Origin: Lingula anatina
Lineage: Eukaryota; Animalia; Brachiopoda
Assembly (NCBI GenBank): GCA_051362555.1
Contig: CM120642.1
Span: 32,736,001 to 32,800,000 of the forward strand
Length of the DNA: 64,000 nucleotides
Reading direction: 5' to 3'
In this document: in pieces, positions 12,501-27,500 of the stretch
How the letters are laid out: each line of letters begins with the position of its first letter
How positions within the stretch are numbered: the stretch's first letter is position 1
The notes under the pieces: generated by a model
What the model was told of the DNA's origin: nothing
Databases searched by the model: none
What the model saw: the letters and a program-made list of their open reading frames with translations, nothing else
Program-made: the position numbers and the translations under genes

Positions 12501-15500
12501 TGTGACAAGTTGAACGCTTGGGATGAAAAATACTGTGGAGGGACCCTTTATTTCTCTAACTAAGTTTCCAATTTTGCAATTAAACTCAGCATGAACATTG
12601 AAAATTAACATTTTGATGATAAATTCCCATTCAAGCACTGTTTTCTGCTTCTCCAGGTCCCCCAGGGAGTGGCAAGGACACCCAGGTTCTCCGTCTGGTG
12701 GACAGATACAAGGGCTGGGTGTACCTATCTGTGGGTGATCTCCTCAGGAAACAGATAGCAGAGAAAGGGTCCAGTGACATGAAGTGGGACATGATCAGCA
12801 CACTTGTGAAGGACGGAGAAATGGCACCAGAGGTCAGCACTTGTGTCTCACATTGAATTTATAATTTTTTTCAATATTTATTTAATTTTTATTTTTTTTT
12901 CAACAATTACTCTGGCAATCGCAACAGAAGCAACAGTTACTGTCAGTTGACACTTTTACAACTTTTCTTATTTGAAATTCTTACAGTGGCTGTATTTTTC
13001 TTACGTACAGTATATTGAGATTAATTATTATATAAACTGACAATTAAATAGCTTCATTTGTCTTTTACTAGGAGAACAAATCCTTAAAGTTTATTTGGTG
13101 CAGTGTTTCAAACTTATGGCACTCAAGTTTTATGAAAATATTATTATTATTATTATTTACAGGATGTTACCATGGAATTACTGATTGAGAATATAAAGAA
13201 GCACCCCGATGCTGCAGGTTTCATAATTGCAGGGTATCCAAGGGATATGAAACAGCTAAAGGAATATAACAAATATGTAAGTAATGATTATCAGGGTGCA
13301 TTTTGAAAAACAACTTTTTGAGAAATGTGTTGTGTGTCAGATAGTTCAATTGGACTACATATTTTTTAAAAGTTGCTATATGAAACTAGAATTAATGAAA
13401 TTGTTTATTAATCATGTTTTTCAGATTGACATGTTTTTTATTTTCAAATTCATCTGTCATACTTATTTTTGCATTCAAAATGATGGTTGTTTCTTAAAAG
13501 AGCATTATTTGACAAACTAAACATCAGATATCACTCAAGACATTTCTATCAGATAATAGTGATTTAAAAAGTGCATTCTAAAATCTCTTATGTTTTCTAT
13601 AGATCGAAAAGGTTGATATAGCGTTCATTCTTGACTGCGAAGAGAGCACGAGTAAAGAGCGGCTGAAGGGCAGGTTAACAGCTACGGGAAGAATTGACGA
13701 TAACGAGAATGCGGTAGCACGTCGTTTGGAGTTCTTCAAACAGAACACCCTCCCTGTGGCCAAACATTTTGATGAACAAGGAAAATTATTAGTTGTAAGT
13801 TATTTGATTCATGATATTTTTAAACTATGTATTTACTTTGAGTTACTTGCAAAGTTAAACTTCATCAACTTGGTGTCTTCTATAAGTTGATTAGGGAAAG
13901 TATCTACATTGAAAAGTTAAAATGGTTTACATGATAGAAACTTTTATTGTTTTCTATTACAGATTGACGGTGACCGTGATACAGATGAAACCTTCTTCGA
14001 GTTGTGTATGGCGTTTGACAATATTTTCTTTCCATCCCCACCTGCAGCAAGAGGTAAGGATGCTTTTCACTCTTATGCTTCAGACATGAAAATATAGCAT
14101 ACAATCATTAGTATTTTAGAGTATGATTTGATTCTTCATATCAGCACATTGAAACATACACCGACTGTCTGATATGAAATAACATAATTCACCTGGCAGT
14201 TCCTTCTCTCACTTCCTCATTAATTCAGAGAAAATAAAAACAGTACCCAATCCCTGGTTAATAAACTCTACATCAGCTAACAGCAGAATTATGTTAATTA
14301 TACAATATTAAAAGTCTTGATGCAAAGATAATTCTAATGTATAGAAATTAAACAGCTTTGATGCATTTAGGGTTTTGGTTTTGCAAAGTTCTGATGGATA
14401 AGAACAAATTAAATTAACAGCAATTTGTAGTAGAAAACTGATAAATTTTATTAATTGGCTGGAAATGGGTGAAGTGAATAAATATTTGGGAAGCCAGTGA
14501 TGATACTGTTTCAATTGTGTTCTGGAGAATTGTTAAGATTACTATTATTATTATTATTATTTTGATTTTATCAGTTCCGTCCCCTCCAAAAAGTCCCAGA
14601 AAGACAAGTGGCAGACGACCCAGGTCGCGGACAAGTAGCCAGACGCCAGTAAATTCAGAAAAACCTGCAGACGCACCACCAACAGAGACGGAAGAAGAGG
14701 TAGATATGCTTTTGTACACAAGAGTGACTGCATGCCTCTTACAGGCTTATTTTGTTATTTGAAGACATTTTCTCTTCTTGAAGTATATTGGGTGCTTGTA
14801 TAGGGCAGATATGTCTAAAAAACTAAGTTGTGGTAAAAAAAAAGAAGAAGGAAATAAGAGAAAATATGAGAAAAATTTAGAATGATTTTAGAAATCCATA
14901 TGCATCCTTAAATATTACAGCAAGGATTAGATCTGGAAAAATATTTTCCCCTGACTTATTTATTTAACCCCACAAAGAAAGGCAAATGTTTAAGTCAACT
15001 GATGCAATAACTAAGCTAAATAGACAGCATGAAAACAAATTAAAGCTCCGTCTTCAACTTGTAGGTATAAGTCTTTTCCCACACTCAACACCTAACATAT
15101 ATAACAGATCAGTGAGATAAACTCAGGTAGAACGTACTGGGGTATGTGTAGGTGTTGTTGCAATTGGTTAATGCAATATCAGGTAACACATTTAAGAAAA
15201 CCCTACACAGAGGTTTATTAGGAAATATCGTGTTGATAGGAGTTCCCCTTCAACTTGAATGCTAGTTTCTTTAGGAAGGAAATACATACCGACAGAGCAT
15301 TTAAGAATGTAGTTATGATATGTGTAGAATATAGTATGTGGTAACTTTAGAGACTGAAGTAATATTGATTTGAAAACCAGAAGGCAAAATACATTTGTTG
15401 TGCAGATATAAACCATGCAGATTCATTGGTGATTTTTTTTTTTTTTTTGAAGTTTTTAGAATTTCTATTTATGATTGTATTAGTTTTCACTGCATTGATA

Positions 15501-18500
15501 GGGTGAGCAACAAATTATCAGTTAAAGGGATAATAACTCTTCGTATGAGATCTATATTTCACAATAAAAACCTTGTGAATAACTCATAGAAATATAATTT
15601 ATTCTGTTTTACCACAAAAACAGCAGTTATAGCTTTTATTCTGATATCTGAACTTGTCTTTAGACCACGTGACCTCCATTGATGGCTATACTCTGTTAAA
15701 ATCTCTTAAGAGATTTTAACAAAAAACCAAACTTTTTAGAAAAAAACCAGGGACTAACTTTGAATGTAAAAATGGATTCATTAACCATTGGTAAGTATGG
15801 GAAAATTGTTGTTTACTCCAGGAAAATTCATTTTTTGGCCGAAACAAAGAGTTATTATTGCTTTAAATCAGCTCTTGGTAATTGATTGTTCTTTAAATGA
15901 GATTGACAAAATCAGTAAAAGAAGATATATAACAGTACACTTTAAGTATCTACAGAAAACCTTTTTAACTTAGAGGAATGCATCAAGGAACACATAGTTA
16001 CAGGTAGTGGTACAGGTAGCTGTTTTTAGACCTCAATTAACGTCAGGTGTTTGGGTTACCTACTCGTATTACTGACAAACCTGACCTCAGTTTACGGTTG
16101 CTAGGGAGAGACAGGCGGAGTATTATGGGATGCACTGAGCCGTCTGCTTTGCCCATTTTTAGAAGCCATTTTCTGGGGCAGACAGCCCTGATTTATAAAC
16201 ATCGTTCTTGCCGTTGGTTATCCATGTTTAGGGGAAACATGATATCAGCTGAATAGGAGGATGTGGATATTTGATAATGGGGTTTGATCAGATACAGCTG
16301 TCTTGGCAGCCTAAGTTTTTATTACTTGCCCTGACTGTGTATTATAATCATGAGCTGGTAAAGTGAATTGGAGGTGTTTCCTAAAGGCCAGACATGTTGG
16401 AGAAACCACAGTTCCTGCGCTGGGAAGATGTTGTAATTTGACATGGAAATATTACAGTTTTTTGACCTTGAAGCATCCTAGGAAACGGAGCGAACTGCCT
16501 TGGCAAGAACCAAGGTGATTTAGGTTGACTGGATTCACGGGCCGCGGCCTCTGTACAGAATACTGCCAGGATTTAAGCTGTATTGTGTTTGGGATTATCA
16601 TAATCATCATGCCTGTAAGTTAATATTGATAATAACTGGGTGACGATAGTGTTCAGTCATTTACCTTATAGCATGCCCTAGTTTTATTGACATTTAATGT
16701 TTTTATATTACTGATAGTGTATCCAAAGCTGTAAGCCAAGGACAGGTAATATTCCAAATCGGTCATTAATTGTCATTGGTGTGACATTGACTGCACTTCT
16801 GTGTCATGCTTAATAGATTTGCTTAAAGAAATGTAATTTACTGATCAGTATATATATATTATATCAATATAAATAGTGATCAGTAAATGGAATTTGAAAT
16901 ATGGGTTGATCATTGCTGAATGCTATGTTAAGATTCTTTGATTATTCAATTGAGGGCACTCAATATTTAGTAGAGAAATGAGTATACTTTGTGTGATATT
17001 GCAATTTATTCAGCTGAGGATTACATAATGCAGTATTTAGTAGGAGAGACTGGATTGCAGAATAATAAATTACTACAGCATGGATGTGCAATAGCACACA
17101 CAGCTAATATTATTACTTATTAATAGGGTCTAGGAAATATAAAGCCTTACCATGTTATATGTCATGTAATCAGGCAGTTTTTTCCGCTTGTTTCTCGTCA
17201 AAAGGGCTCTCTTTTGGACTACAGAGAATAATGTAGGAAAAAAGTAGGTCTTGACTGAATAGATAGAATGAGGGGCTTGTATCTATGTTTTTATGATTAT
17301 CATGATCAGATGTATGTGGTGGGTTTTATTGATAATTGATAATCATACTAATAATAAGTTAAACTGTGGTTTAATAGATTTTGGTGAAATAATTGCAGTA
17401 AAAATTAATTAATACGGAATTCGTGTTACACTGTAAACTTTGCGACGTAGGCAATCTGTGGTAGAGTTCTTATTAACAGTCATTTGTACATCATTTTAAG
17501 TGAAATTGATTAAAAGCCCTTAGCTATCAATATTGTGCATATTCATTAACCACTTATTGCGCAGAATATTATTATGATGTGAATTAATTAACTGAATGAA
17601 AATGACAACATTGTTTTAATTTTGAATTTTTTCTTTTATTTTAGGAAACTGGAGACAGTAAGTATACCTTTCATCAAGGATGACACTTGGTGACAGTGAG
17701 TTGTCTGCAATTGTCACTTTTTAAGATAGCTGGATGTTTCAGTCTTAGGCAATTTGTAACCACTGGGGACTGGACCATGTGTTTTTAAAACCAACCACAG
17801 CATAACTGGGCTTACTCTGGCATATCAACTGTCTTTTGAGCATGGGAGCTTTTAATTCAACAAATCAAAATGTTAATCAAAAAGAGATCAAAAACAAGTT
17901 CATTAATTTGTCATAATTCTGTGAGTGATAATGGAAATGAAATATCCTGATAAAGGGCAGACTGTTGAAATTTCCAGGATAATTTCATGTTAAATTAAAA
18001 GTAGGCAAAAAATTTCTCCCAAATGTTTCATCTTAGAAAAGAAAAATCATATTACCACAGAAGAACATTTGATATGCTAGCTATAGCCCAGAGAGAGATG
18101 GTTATCTCAGATGCTATATGTTAAACCTCTGTCTACCACCTGTAGTCTACATACTGACTGCACAGGTCTGTGTGTCCAGGTAAGTAGTTATCCAGGTTAT
18201 TATCAGCTCCTCACACAGTGCCTCCTGTAGATAGAAATGATCTAAATTGATGGACAGTCGGACATATACCAAGTACTAACATATGTAAACTATAAAGAGA
18301 GAAGCATTCCAGCTACAAGAAATGGATTTTAGAAATTTGAATCCCTCTTCTTTATACTTGCTGCAGATAGAAATTGAATAAGGTAAAAATCCAATGAAGA
18401 TGCACTGTTAGGTTATGTAATACATTAGTGTCATATGAACAGTCAAAATGTTAAAACCGTTCATTTAAAGGAATATACTGTGCATTGGAATTTTTTATAG

Positions 18501-21500
18501 CAAAGAAAAAATATGGAAAAATTCCTGTAATTTCAGTGATTTTCCTATAATCATCACACTTACAGACCCTAGCCAAAGGTGATGAGAGAATTATGATCTA
18601 TATGCTTGTCTTTGACTTCTAAATTTCTGTTTTTACCATCGCAAAAAAAATTGTATGTCTCTATCAGAATTACCAGTTTTGATTAACACAAAAACTAGCA
18701 CTTAGAGGTCAAAAACTAGCTTATTTATGTGTCATAACTCTGAGATTTTGGATAAGATATACCCCGATAAATGGTTAATTGTTGAAATTTCCAGGATAAT
18801 TGAAATTTTTGCAATAAAAAGCTCTAATGTCCATTGTATGACTTTTAGGATAAATCTTCAGCCTGTCGCCCCCATATATGTACTAGTACTAGCATTGATA
18901 ATTACTGCAGTCATTAGAGCTAGACATTAGAACAGAGAATGTATTGAACATCTTTAGTTAATTAATGATTTAGTATAGGCTGTGATGTTAGAAGTCAATA
19001 TAGGGAAAATAATCCATTATTTTTATCAAGGACATAGGGGCTTTGATATAAAAGGAACTGATTTAAATAAAAACAAATTAAACAGTCAGTGAAAGGGTAC
19101 ATGGAAGTGAAAAATACCATATAAATAGGGAAAATAGAGTAGCTTAAATGTGTGTGTGTGTGTGTTTTTTTTTTTTAATTCTTAAAAAAACTTTATTTTC
19201 ATCACACTCTCAGCCCTTATGTCCTTGAATTTTGCATGATAATAAATACCGCACTATGAAAGTCATAAAATGAAGAGGACTTGGATTTTGTGGTTTTGTT
19301 ACTTTAAATTCACTATGGCTAACTAACATTTAGCCTGGCATAAGGAAGTAATAGATATCATACCTGAGCTTCATGTGCCTTGGTTCAGTATAAAATGGTG
19401 GTATTTTTTTTAAGGAAACATACAAGAAACATGAACAAATCAGTTAAAAGTTGGGCTTGCACTGCTATAATCATAAGGACTTTGACAATTTATATTTAAG
19501 ACATTTTAAGGAATTAACTGAAGGAGCAGACTGTATTTTTTTTTATAAGTTTCCTTTGTGGCACAAATATCTTGCTTGTCAGCTGCATATATACCCAGCT
19601 TTGCTTTTTAACATGATGAACACTGCACAATGTTTGAATGATTTTGGAACACCTAGCACCTGTTAAACACAAGCTGAACTCATTCTTATTTGATTCTGCA
19701 AATATATTTGTTTTGAATCAACCAAACGATTTATCCAAATTAGTGATAATTTAACAGAGAGAAGTAAATATATTTTGAAATTTTCTAAGCTAAAAGTCAT
19801 CTAAAAGTAGATTAAATTGAAGTGAATATAAAAATGAGGTCAGCTAAGGCCCTGTCACACAAAAGCTATAAGCTGATCTACTGAGCTCTGATAGTTGCCA
19901 CCTATTGGGGATGGTAGCTCAGCTGGTAGCTCACAGTGTATGTTGGGCATTACAATATTACTGTTTTAACAAGCAGTTTGGTTGCTTGTTATATGTTATT
20001 TGCTGCCTGTTCTATTTCTGCATGTTTGTTACCTTGTGTTTGTTATAGCTGCCCCAGCAGTGGAAGAGGTCATAGAACTCACCATCTGTAAGGAAGACGC
20101 CCCCGTCACTGGAGGAGACACGGGGAACCCAGCGTACACCCAGGAACTTGACCAAACGGCTGCGACATAGTTAACACGCACCATTCAGTGTGGCTATAAA
20201 GACCTGAAGTATAGAAATATATCTCTGCAATACTTGACTACAAGAGGAGATTCATTGTGTTTTAACACACACACTGACAACAGATCTTAGCGATAAGTCT
20301 GGTTTCTACAAGCTGTGATCTATCCTCAACTTTCATACACTTCTACAGGGAACGAACATTTCAAAGCTTGGACATGGCAGCAGTTTAACTCAGCAGAGCT
20401 TCAGAAGAAGCACCTGCAAAGGAAATTTTTATATTTATTTTAAATTCTTTATTCCTTTTAACTAATGGCAGCTTGGGAATATGTCAAACGCAAATTAAAA
20501 AGGATGATTTTTTCCTGCTGAATTTATTGATTTAAATTGATAATGTAAATAATTGTGACAATCATAATAATTATATTAGTAAACTTTTCAAAAATAGTTT
20601 TAAAATCATCAAATATTAAATGTTGTAGTTAAATGTTTATGTAAAAAATATTTTTGATACATCTTTTTATTACTGTTTGACATTTCCCAAAAGTTCATTT
20701 AACAATGACTTTGTGTTTTTCTTTTGTTGAGTAATACCTGCATTTGCATGTTTGGGAAGTGGAAACATACAGAGTGCTGGTGGTGGGTATGCACAGTATA
20801 GATAACAGTTAAGACAAGTCAATTTTAGATCAGAAATAGGTCTAACTTGCACCATCAGAAAACCACATGTAGCTTGACTAGATTATGTACTCATGTACTC
20901 GTTATGTACAGACATCTAAGCTGCTTAAGGTGATTGCAATTTAGCGAGAATCCCCTGGGAGGTAGATCAATCCACAGTTAGTATGATACGCTATCACTAT
21001 GGTCCCTAGATGTTATGTTACCTGATGATGCAAGTTAGACCTATTTTTGATTTAAAATAACCCACTGCATGGGTATACATGTGTCCAACTGCGTGTGAAG
21101 AAAGTATCTTCATTAAGCAAGGGATGATTACGGCAGGGAAAGAACAGAGAAAATAATTGAGACTGGTTTTGAGGTAGAAGGAAACAGGCAGCCTCACTGT
21201 CAGATGGGGAATGCTTAAGAGGTTCACTGTTTGACCTTTTCATTCAGTGGGTTCAAGTGGCCCTTGTATAGGTTAGGTATCAGGCAAGGTCTGATCTTAC
21301 CTTCATGTATGGTTGCCAAGGCTAATTTGTTACACACAAATTATCAATACTGGGCATGCTGTAGCAATTCGATAGTTAACTTGTCTGAATTTGTAAATTG
21401 CATCACATCATGCAGAGACTTGTTTGAGAAAACCAAACCACCTGTTACTTAATTTTTTTATATTTAAGCTTGGGTTAGTTGACATATGGATACATATGCT

Positions 21501-24500
21501 GAAATTCTTCAATAACCAGTTTCATAAGAAATGCAGTTGAATCTGCTTTGCCATGAACTTCCTCCTGAGCTTGAAGATTAGTCATATTATTTTGTAAATA
21601 TGTATATTTCTTGCTTTGTACATATAAAATAGTCTGTTAAATAATAATTGCAATCTCTATATGCAGTAATAGTGATAAAACCTTCAGAATGTGGCCCAAT
21701 GGTGAATGTCAGACATTAATTATACTAGCAATCACTTGATCATATCAAACTGTGTTTTATCAGAGATATTGTTATTCCTTCATCATGAAAGTTTGAGCTT
21801 GATTTAATCCTAAAGTACCAAAACAAGGTTAGCCAGTTTACCTCTGTCAAGGCAAAATAATGTTTTTACAATGTGTTTGTTGAGACAAATGTGATCACAA
21901 CATCTCACCTAACACATTGCTCTGCCTCACTGACACTGGCTTCTTTGGGTGTACATATTGCTGGTGATCTTTTTCGATAGAATAAATCTCACTGTTTATT
22001 GGTCATTTTCTAAAGCTTTAGATATTGGCATTTGTATAATAATATTTATATAAAAACCGTCCTTGATATCTGTGATATCTTCTGAAACGCATCTGTCACT
22101 TTTGTGACTCTAATCATTTAATAATATATTTTATAGCTTTTGATTTTTTCATTACAAAAAGGAGGGCAATGACCTTTATGTGAATTTTTTAGCTTTAATT
22201 TAAATCTTGAATGATCTGTCATATTCATTGTTCTGACTTATTGGTTTTAACATTGATATGTTTGTCTTTGTTATACTTTTAAAATCCTTCATCTAAAGGA
22301 TAACTAGAATATGGGTGTAAAATATTACTTAAATTAGAAAGATTCTATAATAAAATTTGAACCTTAATGTTTTGACTTTTTTTTGATTAGATGTTGTGTC
22401 ATTTTAGGACTTCACACACATACAATATTAAGAATCATATAAAACCATCTCTCATTTTATGTGGAAAGTGAGTGCAAGCCAACAGCAAGAGGTATTCCTA
22501 TTTTTTTTCCTTTGGTTGAGATTACATAGTTAAGCAAGTCGTACAGACTTGCCTTGCAGAAACAGCATAATTTTGGTTAAAATAGTTAAATCAAATGTTA
22601 AATTATCAGAATTATTTTGTTCAAAGTTGCAAACAGTGTTTTTATGCCCAGAAACAACAGATTAGAGGTTTATAACCAGTTACTCTTCACATTAATAGCA
22701 ATAGTTTCTTGTAGCTGGAGTGACTTTTCTTTTTTTCTTTATATTTCATTGTGTTAGTATTGCAAACTAAAGAATTCTATAAAAATTCTGTCGTAAAAAT
22801 AAATAAAAAACTGATGAAGGCTGTATGTTTACTGTGAAGGTAGGTCTCTTTATGATTTTATCCTTACCCGTTTGATAATTGTTATTTTAAATAACAATAA
22901 TTTAGAATTAACTGATTTTGTTTGATATTTTTAATGAAAAGAAAATATTACAAAGATATAAAAAACAGGAGTTACTTTGGTCCAAATATACACAATGTGT
23001 ATGTAGATAGAATATTGAAAGCAAAAAGGGCAACATATAAAGACCTGTTAAATTCATTTAATTTTCTCAAAAATGCCAGCCAGTAATAGATAAAGATAAT
23101 ATAAGATACTTTGCTTTCTGTACTTCAGGTGGCCATGAGGTGTTGAAGAATGCCAAGGTGGTATTTGTGATAGGTAAGAACTAGACTTTTATTTTAAATT
23201 TCCTGCATTGTCTGAGGTTCACAGTGGAGTCCTTCTGGTCCTGGTTGTTCTCTTTTGGGATGGGCATTTAAAGCTCCTAGTAACACTTATGAATTAAGTA
23301 CATGCTTTTGATCACAATTAAGGTGTAGAATTCATCTCCGTGTGGAATGTAGTTTGTGATAATATGAGAATGGTCCAGGAGTATGGGTTAAATAATATGT
23401 CAATATTCTGTTATATTATGTATTTTAGGTGGTCCTGGCAGTGGTAAAGGTACTCAATGTGAGAGGATGGTCCAGAAATATGGGTTCACCCATAAATAAT
23501 GTATCAATATTCTGTTATATTGTGTATTTTAGGTGGTCCTGGCAGTGGTAAAGGTACCCAATGTGAGAGAATGGTCCAGAAATATGGGTTTACCCACCTG
23601 TCAACGGGTGACCTACTTAGGGCTGAGGTCAAGGCTGGCACACCGAGAGGGAAACAACTGGCAGCTAAGATGCAGAAGGGAGAACTTGTCCCCATGGTAG
23701 GCTATTTGGCACTTTTCTACCCCCATCCCCCCTTCCACCACTGTCATTAAAATTCTACTTTTGCTAATTTCATGCACCTACTGAGTATATAAAGCCTTCA
23801 TTGCAGACTCTGTTAAGTGATATATTTTTTGTCTTCAATCAGGGTACTCATCACAATATTTTCACTTCTACTTTCATTGTCAATAACTAAATCAATGTGT
23901 AAAATGTACCTTTGATTCTAAAACATATGCGTAGATATCATCACATAATGTCAGCATCTTTAAACATTTTATTGCTAGTATAACTGCGGATACACATGTA
24001 CTGCACTAAGAATCTGCGAAAAAATTAGGCACAGCCCATCCTTGGCCATTTAAAATATTATGTTAATCTTTTATCAATGTGTAACAACAAGGAATACATA
24101 ATGCTTCAATGCATCTGATAAGATGATAAGTTACTAGTACATTAACCCAAACATCAGCCATACAAAAAATGGACTACTTAACTAGAACCAATGCAGAATC
24201 CTTGTTTTATTTTTAATTAGTAAATAGCTGAATTACATCTTGACAGATTGACCATAATTGTGTTCCAGACAATGCACCACATAACCCACACTCCTTTTTA
24301 TCCCACCTCCCTTCACATAATGTAATATATCTCAAGTTCAATTTTTTGTTTTCACATACACCAGAAACAGGGGCGGATTTAGGCCGTCTTCTGGGTCTTC
24401 CGGAAGACGGTCAGATTTTCAAGTTTACATTGACGGGTATATAATTTTTTTCGGTCGGAAGACGGTCAAAAAATTGAGAATGGATCAACAAATATAATAT

Positions 24501-27500
24501 GGAAGACTATCAGAAAACATCTCTGGATCCGCCCCTGAGAAACCCACATAAAGGTTCTACTAGTACATGTAAATATGACATCGATTCATATAGATTTCAA
24601 ATCTCTTCCAGTATTCTGTTCTGGGTCTTCTCAAGGATGCAATGATCAAGCACGCCCCCAAGTCCAAGGGGTTTATCTTGGACGGCTACCCCAGGGAGCT
24701 GAAGCAGGCCACTAACTTTGAAGATAAGGTATGAGGCAGCTTTGTGATGACTTTTACTTAATACATATATTATATACTTGTGAGACAAGAGTATGAAATT
24801 ATGCAACCAACCTGTGATCAATCTATTCAAAATAAATAAATAAATAATGAAAAGAGAAGAGAAATACCAATAGACTAAGTGCAATAGTTACTAGTGGTTC
24901 AGGATTGTCAGTATAGATAATTAAGTGCCAGTGAAATATTACAGAGTCATATGGCCAGATTTAGTGAAATATTCCAACATTTTCAATCAAAGAAACTAAG
25001 CTTGATATAGTGATTGTAGAATCAGTAATCTCTGGTCAGTTCAACTGACAATTTTATCTTTGATGACTGTCAAAAGCAAGACAGAAAAATTGATACAAAA
25101 AATGCCTCAGCAAAGATTGTAATTTGGCATTGTGTCCAATGCAGTAGCCCGTATTTCAGTCTTGATGATCCGCATGCTGTGTGAGTGATCCATGGGATTT
25201 CAGACTGGTATTCACTGCTTGTCCACACACTTGTAAGAGTTGATCCCGTCCACACAGGTCTGGCCTGCTGGACAGCGAACATGGTAGCAATCATCACGAT
25301 CTAGAAATTGAAAACAGTTTGAGTTATTTGAAAATCATGATTTAAATGAGGTTATTTCTTTCCCTTTGAAATGGTGCAATGACTGTTTTAGTTTCTGCAA
25401 GTAGCTATCAGGTGAAGCATTTTGGATTGTAATATTTTTTTTGTTAGAGATTCACTTTCAAAATTCTTTCACAACCAAACCAGGGGAAACTCGCAGAAAT
25501 ATATTGTGATCTCCAATCATCATGGAGTTTGTCTTTCAATTTAGAAAGACAGACTCAAAATTAAAGTAAATTTTCATGTATTTTAAAAGGAAAGGATGAC
25601 CATTAACAATTAATCCTAGTCTGGTATTTATTAGTAAAAGAAAAGAAGGCGGTGAATAATAGTTAAATGATCATATCAACACGGTACCTTTAAAGTAAAG
25701 ATGTAAGCCATTTCTGGTGCTAGGGGTGCTGCACTCCCGGTCATACAACATGTCCACTCCAAACGACTCTGCGGGTCCGTAACGGTCGTCAAACCCTCGA
25801 CGGCACATCCCGTGACCAATGCTCAGTGTGGAGTAACAGTCGCAGTTGTCGTCATCGAGGAGGATGGACTTTACTCCATGTTGCATACGATACATGAATG
25901 AGTCTACACTGGCCCTTGGAGTGGCTCCTGGGAAATCATAATCCACAAATTATTTTAAAATAAATTTTACTACAAATTATTTTCTCAACATAAAAGGTTA
26001 AAACGGTGATACACTGAACATGACAAAAAAGTTCAAGATTTAAAATGTGGTTTATCAAATGTATGTAAGATCAATATTTATATGCAGCAAGGGTAAATAA
26101 TTGTCAGTGATTGTTCAGTGCATAAAATTTGCATAAATGGATAGAAAATAAGTGATTGATAACATGGAATAGGCACTAAATAAATAAAGAATAAAGAAAT
26201 AAATAAATAAATTAATAAGTTGATATATAGATACAGAAGTCAATCAATTGACGGATAAAGAAATTAATTAATTGACCAGGGAAGGAAGGAAAGTTAAGGA
26301 AGAAACAGAACAAAACAAACAATTGAAACAAAAATACAAATAGGTGATATTTTGTTACCCACCTCCGAGCACTTTGGGGTTCCAGGGTTCCCCATTTGCC
26401 ACATCTTGTTCTTTGTGGTCGTGGAACGCCTCCCAGACGGCATGGGAAACCTCATTACGAGACGTAAACTTCCACCTTGAATTGGTTAAAAATAGCATTT
26501 GTATGGAGATTTGTTTTTATAGATAAGGTACAATGGGGTAATGTTGTATCAGAGACTCCATTCCCTGACATAAACTGCCAAACTGAAATGATTTATCAGT
26601 GCAAAGTAAAATACAGACTAATTTATTCTCATTGGACAGGTGCCTTTTTATGCTATTTTTATAAAATATTAATATCATTAAAAGACAGAGAATAGATCGT
26701 CTCCCCAGGGGCAAGACTGTTTACCTGAATGCTGTACCCCTATGGTCCACTGCCCCCCTCCCCTACCCCCCCCCAACCCCACCCCAGGGTCAGGCTAGTT
26801 TACCTGTATGCCGTCCCCCTGTGGTCCACTGCCCCCCCCCCCCCAGTTTCACCTCCACCCCACCCCAGGGACAGGTCAGTTTACCTGTATGCCGTCCCCC
26901 TGTGGTCCACTGCCAGCAGCTCTGACATGTTCTCCTCAAGATTGGGAGGCAAACGGCCAAAACAGTAGGCATCAGTGGGGGAACACTCTCCGAACTTATC
27001 TGGAAGTTATATGCAGCATTTAGGGTTATTTGAAGTACCCTTAGTCAAAATAAATGTAAACCAGTTTCATCTACCTGTTTCAAGTCCTGGTCCATTTCAA
27101 AACACAAGAGATAAAAATAATTATCCCTTGCTTATAATTATTCAAACATTGTGTGAAGGATAGCTACTGTAAATAAAAGTTATATTGTGAAATTTAATTA
27201 AAAGTGACTCAGTTTGTGTCATTTATTGTAAGATGCCTCAGATCTAAACTAATGTGTTAATGGGAATGTACATTTCAAATGGGAATTTGTAAAATTTCGT
27301 AAATATATACATATTTTTTTATATTCTTTTCACAGAGTTATTTTCAGCAACTTGTAAAAAGTAAGCCAAATAAAGTAAAAAATGGAGAAAGTAAATCAAA
27401 TCAAAATGCATTATGCATGATCTTTTGGAACATTCTCTCAATTCTGTACAGTAAAGAACTTTAAACTGCTGGTAATTTCCTCACTAATGCTTTGACAAGT

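Noticed and set aside
10050-12840. Similar minus-strand ORFs starting [10 protein letters not shown]
   Set aside because: Antisense shadows of the duplicated AK P-loop exons.
23429-23499. Apparent extra AK P-loop exon (fifth domain or mutually exclusive exon)
   Set aside because: Partial tandem copy that hits TAA after about 23 codons and has no donor.
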